Below, one piece after another: positions 35,883-49,800 of a stretch of DNA of 64,000 nt (the first letter of the stretch is position 1; each line of letters opens with the position of its first letter). The stretch comes from Trichosphaerium sp. ATCC 40318 (lineage: Eukaryota > Protista > Tubulinea), in contig JALMLS010000237.1 in NCBI GenBank assembly GCA_038496445.1, forward strand, positions 39,304-103,303. Direction: 5' to 3'. Made by a program: the position numbers and the translations under genes. The notes beneath the pieces are model-generated. The model searched no databases, was not told the DNA's origin, and worked only from the letters and a program-made list of their open reading frames with translations.

Positions 35883-36150
35883 ATGAAACCTTCTTTGCAT
35901 TTGAAGCTCGATAAGCTGTTGAACTTTGAGGGTTTTTTTGACTTTTTATTGTACTAGGTACTCAGGGCTTGTAAAATACAAGAGCTTGCGACGGTTGGAC
36001 AAGGTAGTTGGACATTACCTGAGGTTCACTCCACAGCTGCTTGTCGTAACTCTGATGATAACCGATGGTATCATTTTGATGATTCTAGAGTATCTAAAAT
36101 AGAAGCATCTGAACTAGTTACAGACCGAGCATGTTGTTCTACGAATAAAA
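35883..36150 (+). pseudogene. Fragment of a ubiquitin-specific protease (USP) His-box
   Basis: WTLPEV|HSTAACRNSDDNRWYHFDDSRVSKIEASELVTDRA matches the USP C-terminal box; no Cys-box; reading frame lost in the final VLFY motif. Confidence 0.65.
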
Positions 36151-36243
36151 TTGTTTACAATTCGAGTAACTTTTTTGCAGAGGAAAACAATGTGGAAAAA
36201 GGTCAACCATGTTCTATAAACTCAGTTTAACAAAGTCAGTCTG

Positions 36244-37107
36244 ATGAACAACGCAATACGCGCCCAGCTTTTAAAAAAAGCTATTTCCAAATCTCGACCT
36301 TTTACTATTTACGCATGCGCTAGTGGCATAAGCATGGCCGCTATACTTTGCTACTTTAACTACGATGCACCTGATACGGAAACAGAGGTCGTACCTAAAG
36401 AATCTGACACTATACTATTTAAAGATGACGTATACACAGTAGCTAAAAGACAAGAAGAGAAATACCTAAAAATATACGCAATAAGTACAAACAATGTAGG
36501 ATGGTGGCAAGGATATGTACCAGAATGGTACAATGCCGATACAACAAGTGTTATTTTACCTAGAGGTTTGAATGACATTGATTTGTATGATAATTCAGGA
36601 AGCGAGCCGAAAAGCATGCGATTGAGGCATTACATGCCTAGCTGGGAGTACAATCTTTATATGGGTGCATGTGTATTAGGCGTAGCTGGTATAAGCGGTT
36701 GTATTGGGAAACAATATTGGTCACGTGTTACTCTATCTCAGTTTAGAAATTCATCATTCAACTTTGGATGTACTATTGGTTTTAAGGTTGCTATGCATTC
36801 TATCATACCGGCAACTTTCTTCTTGTTTAGTCTAATGAATGTTGAGCATGCTTCAAGAATATTCTACAAATCAGAGAGGACCTGGCCAGATGGGGAGACA
36901 AGATGGCCTAGGTATGACACAATAGGATTAATCAGACATCATGCTGGGTTATTAGCAGTTGTAGTATTAGTTAGTTTCTTCGGATTAGCCATTCCCGGGA
37001 TACTAGTAGGACCTGCTGGGTATATTACTGGAGGTAGGCATACTAAATTAGTATTATCACAATACAGAAAATTGTACAGGCTACACAAAAAGAAGGCTGT
37101 AGTTTAA
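36244..37107 (+). CDS. Intronless 287-aa hypothetical membrane protein
   Basis: Long ORF with about four hydrophobic segments and a basic N-terminus resembling a mitochondrial presequence. Confidence 0.65.
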   Translation: MNNAIRAQLLKKAISKSRPFTIYACASGISMAAILCYFNYDAPDTETEVVPKESDTILFKDDVYTVAKRQEEKYLKIYAISTNNVGWWQGYVPEWYNADTTSVILPRGLNDIDLYDNSGSEPKSMRLRHYMPSWEYNLYMGACVLGVAGISGCIGKQYWSRVTLSQFRNSSFNFGCTIGFKVAMHSIIPATFFLFSLMNVEHASRIFYKSERTWPDGETRWPRYDTIGLIRHHAGLLAVVVLVSFFGLAIPGILVGPAGYITGGRHTKLVLSQYRKLYRLHKKKAVV

Positions 37108-37858
37108 CAGCTCATGCGTCCACTTCAATAGAACATACCATGTAACAAATACTAAGCGGTTTCCATAGGCCATGTTTGCGATAAATCGTAATAGTTTGAT
37201 ATGTAAAGGTCCTGTTGTTCAAATAAACTAGCGTTTCAAAGTACAAAAGGACATGTTCATCTACACTGTAACAACAATATGCTTCAAGATGGTAAATGGT
37301 CTAGCAGATAGTACATGATGTTAGGAGGAAGATAAAATGCCATATGGCTCTAGCGCAGCGCCAAGCATTTGTTATCTACTATACAAGAAACACTTGGATA
37401 ATAAAAGAAAGTTTTACAGTATTGTAAAACAAATTGAAAAGCAAATTTTTGGGTGGGATGTGGGTGATTGCTGCTCGCCATGTTGTTCATTCGCTTTGTA
37501 GGCTGTTTGCACTGAGTGATTTATGTGAGTCGTACTAAGTCTTACCCAAACGTCTGTAACGGAGAAAACACGTGTCAGCCATAGTTATGGAATTCCAATC
37601 AATATCAAATTAACAAATCACGCGTAACGGTGGACTACAGGATCTACCACTCTATTTTTCGCAAGTTTTTGAGCGTCACACCAAGACTTGCTCAACTGCA
37701 TTGACTTAAAACAAAAGCTTAAGCCGTACTTGCCGTGAAATCTTTTCTTTCACATAAAACCACTTACGACGTTTGCTCCTCAATTCGCTTACGCTGTGCG
37801 CATTAGGGTAAATTGGTTAATTTTTACGCCGTTTACATAGTTTTTCATTGGAACAACC

Positions 37859-38551
37859 ATGCAGCTCACAGATCTACCGCGAGAAGTACTTTTTATTGTG
37901 TTTAGCTTCCTTGAACGATCAAATCGCTTAGATATAGCTTTAACATCATGGTACTTATCTAGAATGATATACCATAGCGTTGGAGTACAATATCTAAAGC
38001 TTAAAAACGCAACAGACATTTTTAAAATCATTAAAGACAAATACGCTGGAATCCTCACTTACACCTTACTACATTGCTATAAAACAATCAAAGATGCTGC
38101 TATCATAAGACTAGGAGAAGCAGGAGCATCAAGGATATGTCTATGGCATTGTGACAATATCACAGATAGAGGTATTTGTTCTCTTTACGGAGCACATACG
38201 CTGGATATCAACAATTGCTTTCGAGTAAGTGAAAATGGTATAAAGTCACTCTCTGGTGCACATACGATAAGCCTTTGTTGTAAAAAATTATCGTATGAAT
38301 CAATACGCCCTTTGGTAGTTAGAGCACACGTGATTAATATTTGTGAATGTGGTCAAATGACAATCAGTATGTTGACTAAGTTGAGATCAATAAATACTAA
38401 ATGTATCATACGAATTAAACAACATAAGCTCAACCCAAAGAAACCGAAAAAGAATGAACCTTGGTGGTTACAACAACGTAGAATTGGAGGAATAAGAATA
38501 CGAGCTGGGCATAATGTACCTGTAAACGAAATAAAAGAACAGCGAAATTAA
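37859..38551 (+). CDS. Intronless F-box/LRR protein, 230 aa
   Basis: LTDLPREVLFIVFSFL F-box; CDNITDRGICSLYGAHTLDINNC repeats of the same family as 4380-5951. Confidence 0.85.
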   Translation: MQLTDLPREVLFIVFSFLERSNRLDIALTSWYLSRMIYHSVGVQYLKLKNATDIFKIIKDKYAGILTYTLLHCYKTIKDAAIIRLGEAGASRICLWHCDNITDRGICSLYGAHTLDINNCFRVSENGIKSLSGAHTISLCCKKLSYESIRPLVVRAHVINICECGQMTISMLTKLRSINTKCIIRIKQHKLNPKKPKKNEPWWLQQRRIGGIRIRAGHNVPVNEIKEQRN

Positions 38552-38661
38552 ATAAAATTGCCAGAACTTTGTTAATTCATACGAAGGGTCGCTTTGGCTG
38601 AGCTTTATTTTACTTTATTCTGAAACACTGAATATTTTATGAGCCTTGTTGAGATGCAGTA

Positions 38662-40106
38662 TTATTGAGGTTTCACCACAGAGAATTCTAGATGATGGTT
38701 AAAAAAGGTAACTTTCAATTTTTTAGGACGTGCTTTCAAGTTTAGTATTCGATCTGTTGACCAACCTCCTGGTTTTTGTGTAGATGTTACTGTGACTGTT
38801 GGAGGGATCCTGCTTTCAAGAAATTCTCTTACTTGACGTAAAAACCCATCGATTGCATCTTGTACAGCACTCCCTAGTCGAGTTAAAAATAAATAAAAAA
38901 CAAAACCTAATATCAAGCACTTACTATCTGTTGCATCTAACACAACGCTTACAGGAATACCATTTTTGCTAGTAACCTTCTTAATTGATTCACTAGAGAC
39001 TTGAAACTCTCTTTTAATATCACCAAAAGTACCAATAAGCATCTAAACTTCAAAGTGAGCTCACAGCCCAAAAAAAGAGAATTACCATTGGTCTATGTAA
39101 GTTTGTTGCCTTCAGCTTAGCTATATAGCAAGCTGCATCATAGAAACTCTTGCGACAAGTTATCTTATACACAAATATGAGAGCATTGCTCTCTAAAACA
39201 ACTTTCCTAGCTTCCAGCCATTGCCAATAGGTCTTTTCTTTCCGAAGTTTAAGCATACACTAATACAAAATTAAGAAGCAATAAAAGGGTACAAGTTGTG
39301 TATCGCAAACACCAAGATAGTGAACATTTACGAACCCTATTTCCTCCAACAACTTTGTTAGTAATATTACTACCATGATCCAAGAAATAATCTGTAGAAA
39401 GTGTATAGCGCGTGATAATTGTAGACTTTAAAAAAAGTCAGAAAAATAGAAAAAAAAACAGGATCAAGAATAGAAAACAGCTTTACCTTTCCAACAGCAT
39501 GGCTACCAAAAATAGAAACAGTAATCTATTGACGCAGTGTCAAAGAAAAAAAACCAAAGTGACGATATCACGAAAAAAAAAAAAACTGTCACGTGACATA
39601 GGGATACGATTTCTTTCCCATCTAACTGTTCTCTAATAGTTCTGCGAACCTCATCAATGTGCAAGTATCCATAGTATCGATGAAAGTTATTTGCATCGTC
39701 AGTACCAACACCAAGCACTTTGACCCTGCCAAAGCGCTTTTGTTCTTTGTGAGCACATGATAAATCTGTCTTGTAGATATGGTACCTCAGTACAAAGATA
39801 TCGCCAGAACCTGTTGTCTAGAGCGAGAATCGTCCACCTTCTACATTTTTTTTTGTAAACGTGGGTTGTATTGTACCATACGCACTTGCATACGCGTGAA
39901 CACGTTATGATATCACCAACAGAGCTTATCTGGCTGGTTTTCAAGAAAATATCCATCAACAGCTCATCTGGAAGTAGAGTGGCGGGTGAAGCACCTCTCA
40001 ATGGAGGAGAGGCCCATACAAACCCTGTTGTAAACGCTGGAGGTGATGATGCTGTTTCTGCAGGTGCAATTGGCTGAAACGCCTTCAAAAGCGAAGCGAA
40101 GGCCAT
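38662..40106 (-). CDS. F-box + degenerate Ras-like small GTPase domain protein, multi-exon
   Basis: LLPDELLMDIF..SRVCK|RW..LALDNRFW; ITVSIFGSHAVGK (G1); ALIFVYKITCRKSF; LIGTFGD in place of NKxD; RQVRE. Confidence 0.75.
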
Positions 40107-40934
40107 ACAAGAACGCGAAAGTAAGAATTTCAAATAAAACGCGTAAAAAATGACTTAGTGAAAAACCATTGCTTATTGCGCTCTGTTCCTGTACTTTGCG
40201 CTGATACGTGACATATGAACAGGGTCTCATTTAACCAAACGTTGATTGTCGCAGTGAGCGTTATTGTTGGCGTCAAAAACTTTGTTAAGTCGGTATGAAA
40301 TCGTTTGAGGACTAGCCTACAGTTCTGCGACGCTTATACAAACGCGTGTCATTGCTCTCGTCATGTAACATACGTTACACGAAAATAATCGCATTAACCT
40401 GATGAACGCTTTTAACTAAGCGCAGCGGCCATCATAAAAGAACCATAAGGCGAAATCATCATATTTTAACTTTCGGGAGATTCTAGGCTTATTCTATTGC
40501 TTATGCTAAGCTTCTATTCGTACTTTGAAATAATATACACGACGTAAGGCATTTTGGAAGTATTTTAAAACGTTTTGGTGTTCTAATCTATAAAAAGAGT
40601 TTTAATGCGGAGAAAAAACGTCGCAGTATAAATACTGTTAACAAAAACACCAAAGAAGCACCTTTAGGAATACCAACTTGGCGTCTTATTTGAATACCAC
40701 GCAACTCAACGGCGTTTCGCAACACGCGACCTCGAACAGTTTTTTCCTTTTTTTTGGTTTCTAGCAAGCGCTTTTAACAAAAAAAATACGCCATAGTGAG
40801 GGAAGTATAGTATACTACTCGCACCCAAGAAGAGATAAACTAAGAGTTCCAAGTAAGAAATCATTTTCGTCAAAAACACACCGAACAAAAAAAGTAACAA
40901 AAATAACAGCACAACAGAAAAACGATCCTCAACA

Positions 40935-42288
40935 ATGGGTAACTTAGCTGTAATAGCAGCTACATCAACAACACCTACGCTTACGACTGCCGATGATAAA
41001 GTGAAACTAAATAGAGACGAGAACGAAGCAGGCGGCGAAGAAACAGATGATGTGATGGTTGCAGAAAATCCACAAGGAGGCTGTGGATATCTTTTCTCAT
41101 TGTCTATATACGACGTTATGAACGTTGCAATAGGTTTTATGACTTGCACACCGGGACCTATACACAACGGACCTTACAATACTATAAAGCGCGGGAGAGC
41201 TGGTTCTCTGCTACAAGCTCCTAATTATGGAGGCATTTCTTTACTTAATATGTCGTTTGATGATATCACCGGTATTTTTTTGCAACAACCTATTCATAAA
41301 CGTGTCGAGCTACGTCTAGTATGTAAAACATTTAGAACTGTTCTGGATCAACACGTTACAATAAGAGTACGTCTTACACTTCCTTCTTTGAACGCCGTTT
41401 TAAAGCCAAGTACTAACTTCTAATTTTAGGAAAAGCTATGCGTGATTAAACCAACAAGAGTGCTCTTTGCGAAATTCAGTTCCATTGACGACATCGCCAC
41501 AACGTCTGACGGAAGAGTACGTCACTGTTGTTTTGCTGGACCTACTTACTCGTGATTAGCTTGTCGCGCTTGATGGTAAAGGATTACACATTCTGAACCG
41601 TAAAAAAAAGCGTATTTTTCGCGTTCTAAAAAGAAACAAGGACGGATATTGGTCTACGGAAAATAAGCTCGCTATGGATTCCAAGAACATGGCTTATATT
41701 CTACCGAAACAACAGCGTACAATTACTCAAGTTGATATACTGTTACGTAAGTCTCAGATACAGCATATTTCATCAAAAGACTTTACAGCTGTTGGCGTCA
41801 ACGCTAACAATGACATTCTGCTTGGAGGCAAAGAAATACGAAAAATGACCAAAGACAGTTTGATAGACGAGTCTTTTTTGAACGCTACAAGTGTATCTGC
41901 TATGGCGTTTAATAGGAATACTGGCGATATAATCTATGCTACAAGCGTAGAGAAAAAAACAATTGAAGTGACAGGTCACACAAAGAGCACGTGGAAGAAT
42001 GACGTTCACATTCTTCATGACGGGAATACAACCGATATTGAAATCAGTAACGGTGGTGACGTATCTTCTAAAATAGCTGCTTTAACATGCGATAAAAAAG
42101 GGAACCTTTTTATAGGGTTCTCTAACGGTGATATTGAAAAAGTTTACAGGTCATCTAATTTAAAAGATGAGATAAAGATGAGAATCAAAAATGGTAAAGG
42201 AAAAGAGATAAATGGAATGGTCCATTTAGATGGTCACTTGTATGTAGGTAGAAAGAGGTATTTGGTGAAGATACCTGATTGTAAATAA
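40935..42288 (+). CDS. Divergent F-box + beta-propeller-like protein, two introns
   Basis: SLLNMSFDDITGIF..RVELRLVCKTFR is F-box-like; NHL/WD-like strands AMAFNRNTGDIIYA and LTCDKKGNLFIG; N-terminal MG. Confidence 0.65.
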
Positions 42289-42532
42289 AAGGATTCAGAA
42301 CGTTTTTTACGCGGTTTTCTTCTCTTTTTTTTTCCTTTTTTTGCTGATTGCTATCACTCAAAACAACGAGTTGCGCGGATTTACACAACCCTCAACTGTT
42401 CAAGCCTCATTCTCACTTATTCTATAAAAGCCGCACAATGTGCAACACGAGAAGAGGTGACATGTTCCCAGTTTCTTGAAGGGCTGAAAAGTCTTCAACT
42501 GTCAGTTGTTTTTTTGGTTGAAAATACACGCA

Positions 42533-44196
42533 ATGCTTCGGGAAGTCGCTGTACAAGGCTTCTTACGCGCCCTTAGCGCTGTGAAGCCATCACACTTGGT
42601 TCAAAAGCGCGTTTCTATCGACAAAGATCATATCGTGTTTAACAAGCGCGTTTCTTCCAAATTATCGTCTCTTAAACAAATTACAGTCATTGGAGCTGGA
42701 AAGGCAACAGCTGAGATGTGTGCAGGACTAGAGCAACTGATTGGTGATAAAATACCCATCAAAGGCGCAATTAGTGTTCCTCATGGCCTAGAAATCCCTG
42801 ATCTAACCCCACAAATAAACGGTACGTTTAAACAATAAAAGCATGTCATGACGCTCATCTACACTAGTAACAAGAGCGTCGCACCCTATTCCAGATCAAA
42901 ACGGTGTTGAGGGCGTTAATAAAATGATATCATGTATAACAACGTCTCCAGAAGATTCCCTGGTACGCCTTTAATCATACAGGAAACCAATGACATTTCT
43001 GACACTTGTCACAAGATTGTTGCTCTAATTTCAGGCGGTGGAAGCGCTCTAATGGCTGATCCTGCTCCACCACTAACGCTGGAAGATATACAAAGTGTTA
43101 ATAAAGCTCTTATATCATGTGGAGCCGATATAAAGGAGATCAACTGCGTGAGGAAGCATATTTGCTCGTTGAAAGGTACAAGCAATCTATTAAACGCCAC
43201 GTGTATAAACAAGCTCACAACAACACAGGAGGCAAACTTGCAAAGATGACAACAGAAAAAAAGTTGTCTCTCGTTTCTCTTATCATATCCGACGTTGTAG
43301 GAGACGATCTAGCAACAATCGCATCAGGACCAACCGTGCCAGATGATACAACGTACCAAGAAGTAAGCTAGAACTCGGATTTTAAAGAAACAATTCAACC
43401 CTTACTTAATGCAGTTAGGCCTGGTCTATACTTAACAAGTATACCCTCACAAAAAATCTACCTGATGCAGTTAAAAGTTATCTTGAATCAGGCCTTGCTG
43501 GAACAATACCAGAGACTCCAAAGTCATCTGATGAAAAAAAACTTAATGTTGAAAATATTATCATTGGTAGCTCCGAGACATCGATTTCTGGTGTCACAGA
43601 ATACTTAAAAGAACAAAATGTACCCGTTAGTGTATTTTCTAGATCATTAGAAGGGGAAGCAAGCACATACGGAAAGAATCTTGTTGACGAATTGGAAAAA
43701 TTTGCAAAACATACAAAAGAAGCAGGTGTCAGATCTGCGTTTGTTGGAGCAGGTACATGACCTGCTTTTACTTTAGTCATTCCATGTGGTCTGTAAAGCA
43801 TGACGCTTATGCTTTTTGTGTTTAGGAGAGTTCACAGTTACAATTAAAGGCAGTGGTAAAGGTGGACGTAACCAAGAAATGTTATTATCTTTCTTAGACC
43901 AACTTGAGAAACGTCAGGTATCAGAGCCTACTTTCTTAAGTGACATGAAGTTTGCTATTGTTAGTGCTGCATTTGATGGTATTGAGGGTAATTCTCCTGC
44001 TACTGGAGCTTTTGTTGATGATACAACATTGGCATCGATGCAAAAGTTAAACTTGGATGCAAAATCAGCACTTGAAAACAATGATTCGTACAGTGTATTC
44101 AAAGCTCTAGATCAAGCTATTATCACAGGACAGAGTGGTACTAATATAAATGATATGACTATTATTATAATGGAACAACGTGATTATTCCAAATAA
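42533..44196 (+). CDS. GLYCTK: Glycerate 2-kinase (MOFRL family), multi-exon
   Basis: IGAGKA, ASHPIPD, LISGGGSAL, SDVVGDDLATIASGPT, GKGGRNQE, TGQSGTNIND. Confidence 0.93.
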
Positions 44197-44491
44197 AAAA
44201 ATTATTAATTTGGACGTTTTCTATTTAATTTAAGAAAAGCAGCGACGCAGCCTCTTCTCTGGTCATTAGCAATCCAAAATGGTGCTTACTTAATTACTAG
44301 CGTACTTTTCAAAACACGCTAACAGAATTTCGCTAAGAAGCAATGTCATTAAGACGGAGGTTCGACGGCCTTAACACTATTGTCTAATTTTTTATTACTC
44401 GATATTGTGATTGTGCTTCAACCTTTACGTTAGTCTTTGAATTTTCTATCGCCATTGAACACTCCGATAGATCACACAGGCGCGCTTGTAA

Positions 44492-46808
44492 ATGATATTT
44501 GGGTTAAATCAGCGCGTCCACGTGTTCTTTTTATTTATAGTATTGCTTTATGGCTTTTCGCAAGCTCAATACAACTGCCAGCCATATATACACAACTATG
44601 GGGGTAGGCCGCGTTTATGCGATACTATAATTGCAAACGGCACTATTATCGCTCTCCGAAATAACACTATGGATGATCTATACACGTAAGTGAGCGAAAT
44701 ATCGAATGCTAGAAAAAAAGAACAATACTTTCGTATTAATTTGCCAATAAGGCAACCTACTCGGCTTGAACCTTTTGTATCATTAGCTTCTGATGAGTGC
44801 CTTGACATTGGAGTGCCATACTTCTGTTTAGCCACTTTTAATCCTTGCACAGCATTTGCAGGTACGTCACAACTGTTCGAATAGCTACGAGAATAGCTAC
44901 TTAACAAGCAATTAGAGCCAATTAAACAGTGCTCAGATGACTGCTACAACTTTACAAGTACCTGTGAGACAGAACTAAGGCTTGTTGGCATACAACCAGA
45001 CTGTACCGACACGTTATTAGTCTCTCCTGTTTGTGAAAGTAATAACCAAACCTTCAGTACGCGCAGTTGTTTCACAAAAAAACAAAAAAGATCCGGACGG
45101 CCACTGTTAACTCCTTTGTCTTTATTTTTGATTTAATTTAGATATTTCACGTTCCACTGAATGCCCAGAACCTCTGATTTACGATTCCGAAGCATCAGAT
45201 GACTTCATTAAATGCTTCAAGTGTCCACCTCCTTTTTTCAGTCAAAAAGTATGGAGCAGTCTTTATACACTCACATTGGTCGTATGCTGTTTTGGATTTG
45301 CTCTCCAGCTGTTCTCTCTTATTGTAGTTTGCAGCGACAAAACGTGCGTACCGGTTTTTTGAGAATTACCTTTATGGATGGTTAACTTTCTTATTCTATT
45401 TTTAGGTACTTTACTTTTTCGTCTCATTTTTGGATTATTTATATCATTGATTCTATGGTTGCATCATTTCTTGGAGCTCTTTCGTCTGTTGTACCTCAAA
45501 AAATAATTTGTGAGAATGAAGGTCGAGGCGCCGAAGCGTTAACTCACTGGCCTTGTGCTGTTCAAGGTAACTGTACAAGATGTTAAACCAAAAAAAACTA
45601 ACAACGAATGGAAGGTTTCTTATTGACATATGTGACTATACAACTATTTATATGTTGGGCAGTACATTCGGTAACTCTCGTATTTAATCTACAGCGTAGT
45701 AAGAAGGCTCTCAGACAAAATTCTTTGCCATTAGGATTCCGTATTGTACGTATAAAGAGTAGTAACTAGGGGAGTTTTTTGTAATTTGACTCATGGATTT
45801 AGATAAGCCATTGTTGTATTTGGTTATTACCATTACTTAATACAACTATAAGTTTAATACTTGGTAATATTAAATCTGTATTTTTCAGCTGCTATGGTGC
45901 GTATACAATTCAGTACTTAGCATCTTTTTTTTGCTGACTTTTTTATTTAGCATTGGGTAAGCACCGTTGGTACCTATTTTTGGGATTTCCACTTGTTCCT
46001 GCACTAATTATTACAACATTCTGCTTCGGTTACATAGTTTATGAAAGCTGTGTTGTACGATTCAAACCAATTCTAGTTAGCACAAATCTAAAACAGTTTT
46101 AGCTTGGTTCACAAAGAAAACAAGAATTTAAAAACAAGGCAACTAAAATAACGTTGGCAGTTTTCTCTGTGTTAGTAACTTTATGGATTTTACTGGCATT
46201 GATGATAATATTAAGAGCTTGGGTAGATATGGACGGCACAGATAGAGTATCAGATTTGACCGTCGAGTATATAAAATGCATTTTCACCAAACCAATCCAA
46301 GAATGTGAGCTTATTCAAAAAAAATCAGAAAGTTACTTGATTGTACTGATACTGTCAATCACGTGCGCTTTTGGCAGTGGAGTAATATTCTTTCCTTTAT
46401 GGATAGCACAGCCGTACGTGTCAGCAACAAAATGAACTCAAAAATTACCTCTGAAACAGAGTAAGTATGTTTTTTTTCTTATTCTATGTTTTTTCTAGAA
46501 AGTTCAGAAAGTCTCTTCGTATTTTAGTAGGACTTCAGCAACCAGATAGAAAAAGACGTGCTACTATTGGAACAATGTCAGGGAGAACAACAAGCAGAAT
46601 AAGAAGTAATACTATACAATCTACACCTGAGAAACTTGACGAAAGCAGTGTAATGGAACGTATTAAAAAAACAAATGCAAGTATTATTGAATATATTAAA
46701 GAAGACGAAGCACAGAAAAAGAGTGTACCTCTGAAAACAGAAAATATGATTAATTCAAAGAGTGACTTGTCGCTGGATTCCAGTATTAGTAAGGACAGCT
46801 GCGCGTAG
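44492..46808 (+). CDS. Frizzled/Smoothened-like GPCR (CRD + 7TM), multi-exon
   Basis: Signal peptide; Cys-rich domain (C..FCLATFNPC..CSDDC..FTSTC); seven hydrophobic segments, including CAVQG and WAVHS. Confidence 0.8.
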
Positions 46809-46872
46809 CTAAAACATTTGTAAATAAAAGACATCAACTTGTATAGGGCTTGGACACGTGTATGAACTACTT

Positions 46873-49800
46873 TTAACGCAATTTAGAGTGTACCTCCAAC
46901 AGCGAATCCTAGGAATTAGCAAGTTTTACTTAGCCATAGTAGCTCCATGGAGTTTTACCATGCCCCATTATTGTATTTAAACCTGCAACTAAAATACTAT
47001 GTATGCCTAGACAATATAGAAGCGTAAAGAAGCTAATGTAATGCGATTGTTGAGGAACAACTTTTGTCCGTGAAAGGTTTATGTGATACAGTTTTTTAAT
47101 GCATAGACACGTGATGCTATTTTCCACTATTTAAGTGAATAAGTGTCCTTACACACTAGTTTACGGTATCACTGTCTTTAATCTCAGTGTACTACAGAAA
47201 TTATGTAAGCACTCTTATGAAATACAAATAGAAAAAAATATACAACTGAGAACTAAATCGTACTAGTAATCGTTTTTTTCTGTAATTTATGCAAGAAGCA
47301 GTTTTGATTTTTTTCTGAAGCATATTAGCTACATTAGCAATATTTAGTACGATAGTTAGCATGACCAGTATAGCACCGATCATCCCTGCTTTTGTAAAAT
47401 ATGGACCATCAAACTCTTCAAAATACTCTGGGTTTGCAGGTAATTTGATTGTAATACTTAATAAAAAAAACGTGTTAATAGTGGTTTGTAACTAATCATC
47501 ATACACTGGGTATCTGTCTCCATAGACAGATGTGTTATTACAACATATGGACGCTGTGCCTATTTTTTGAGGGGGTGTTTTCGTGAGACCCACATATCCT
47601 TGACCGGCGTTAGACAATAATGGAATGAGAAAACAATAAAAAGATACCATCAATCGTCTGTTTGCCAGATAACTCCTCGATTTCTCGGACAACAACAGTT
47701 GTCACAACACTAACCTCATAATCAACTGAAGGCATGTAAACATCATTTTCAGATGTTATACTTAATGATACTGAAGTATCTACACTATAATTAAATTAAC
47801 TGGTATGGCAAATGTGTTCTTGTATCGCAATGATATCAATTTGCACAGACGTATAAAATACAAAACAAGCCCCAATCGTTACTTTATAGTCAATAGAGTC
47901 CAGTGTGGCATTAAATGAGATACTAATGAACCATTTAGTGGTTCAAATGGAAATAATACTATGAACAAAATTGTTCCAGAAACTCAATTGAGTTTAGTAA
48001 CAACTTACCTATTTCCTCCATTGAGACTAATATATTTAGAACTGGTATGCTCCACATAGACGATAGGTCCAAAAGTATTATCAAATACAAAAAGGTCATT
48101 CCTGGTTCAGAGAAGAACAGATTAAACACAAGAAAAAAAAGGAAGAAAAAAACAGAATTGATTGAGATGTACCACGTAATTGTTACAAGTACTTCTACAT
48201 TGCTATTATATGCTTAGTAATTGATATACAAGAGTAAGCGTACCTCATTAATTCTTTATATTTAGCGATAGTTGGTGTAGTAGAAAAGTGTGCTTGTGAA
48301 TTTCTAAGCACACTTGTTCGTCTAGCATTTCCAAAACTGGACTTGTTTGCAATTCCAGTTGATTCTACACCATAAGGTGTCGGTTGGAAGTTATAGTACA
48401 CACTTACCTCAACAATAATAATCAAAATACAAGTGACAATCATTATAATAGTAATAAGTCCACCTATAACATCGCCTTCCCATGATAACGTCTGTGTGCT
48501 AATGTCATATCTTTGAAACTGTTTATTTATATCAAATACTTTGATAACCTTCATAAACCAGCCATCACTGCAACCGCAATACTTAAGAATAAAGACGATA
48601 ATACAAAAAACTAATAATAATCCAAAAGTACCAGCAGTAGCCCCAAAAATGATTGGTATGTGTGGATTGAATATCATAACAACAAATTGTTGTCTTGCCG
48701 AAGTTTCTTTTGTTAAAGAAAACGGATAAAAAGATACACCATCATGCTTAGGTTCTTCTTTTGGAATGTATGTTCTTGTGCCACCTAAACATGTCTGATT
48801 CTTGTTGCACTTGATACATGACGTTGACCCTTCATTTGGTTGCCATGTGCCAGGTTCACAAAGCTTACATATATCAATACCTTGATAACTTTTGTATGTA
48901 CCTGCTGGACACTGTACAAGGTCATCATTTCTATACATATACCCTGGTGGTATTGTTAGATTCCACGATCTTTCTTTCAATTCATCATTGTAGCCATACA
49001 ATACACCCGCTGATAAAAATATCGTTTCTAAGTTCATATCAACTGTATAAACATTTGGAAAAATCAGATCAACATCAACAATAACAGCAGGTAATTCTGT
49101 TATAGACAGCCTAATTATTCCTTGGCCTGACTCTGGTCCTAGTTTAACAAGAGCATAAAAACACTCAACATACTCTGTTGATTTACCACAATCGCCAAGA
49201 CCATAAAAATTATTTTGACTATTGAATTGTTGTGTTTGGTGAAACTGATAACCAACATTAAATGATAGTTGTTGCTCTGGGAAGAAAATACTATCTCCTG
49301 CTGCATTTTCCCGTATCAAAGCTACCCTATCATATCCAAATAAAGCAAGGCCTCCAATGATACCAGGAAATTGTGGTGCAGCATGAAGAAAGGATGTACT
49401 TGAATGGGAGTTAACTCGACAAAAGCGTAAGTCTTTGGGAATGACACCTAGACAAACAACAAACATGAGTGAAAATAAGTGAAAAACTACTTATAAAATA
49501 AGAACAAGCCAAAAGTTGAGTGAATAGAACAGCACACTCAACCTTGAAGTTACATAAATAATTGTAACACAATGCTTGTTGTAGTACATAGGAATCAAGA
49601 CGTACAACAACACGTAATAACCAACTTTCTTTTAACATGTGTTTTCTAACAGATATTGACACAGCATTAGGTGTATCATTATCTGTGATAATCCTTGTAG
49701 CTATAGTGACATTTGGTGTTGTTATATTATAAACAACAATAGCATGTATGGTATGAGCAACCAAGAAGTTGTCAGTACTAGCTATCAAACTAGTTACTAA

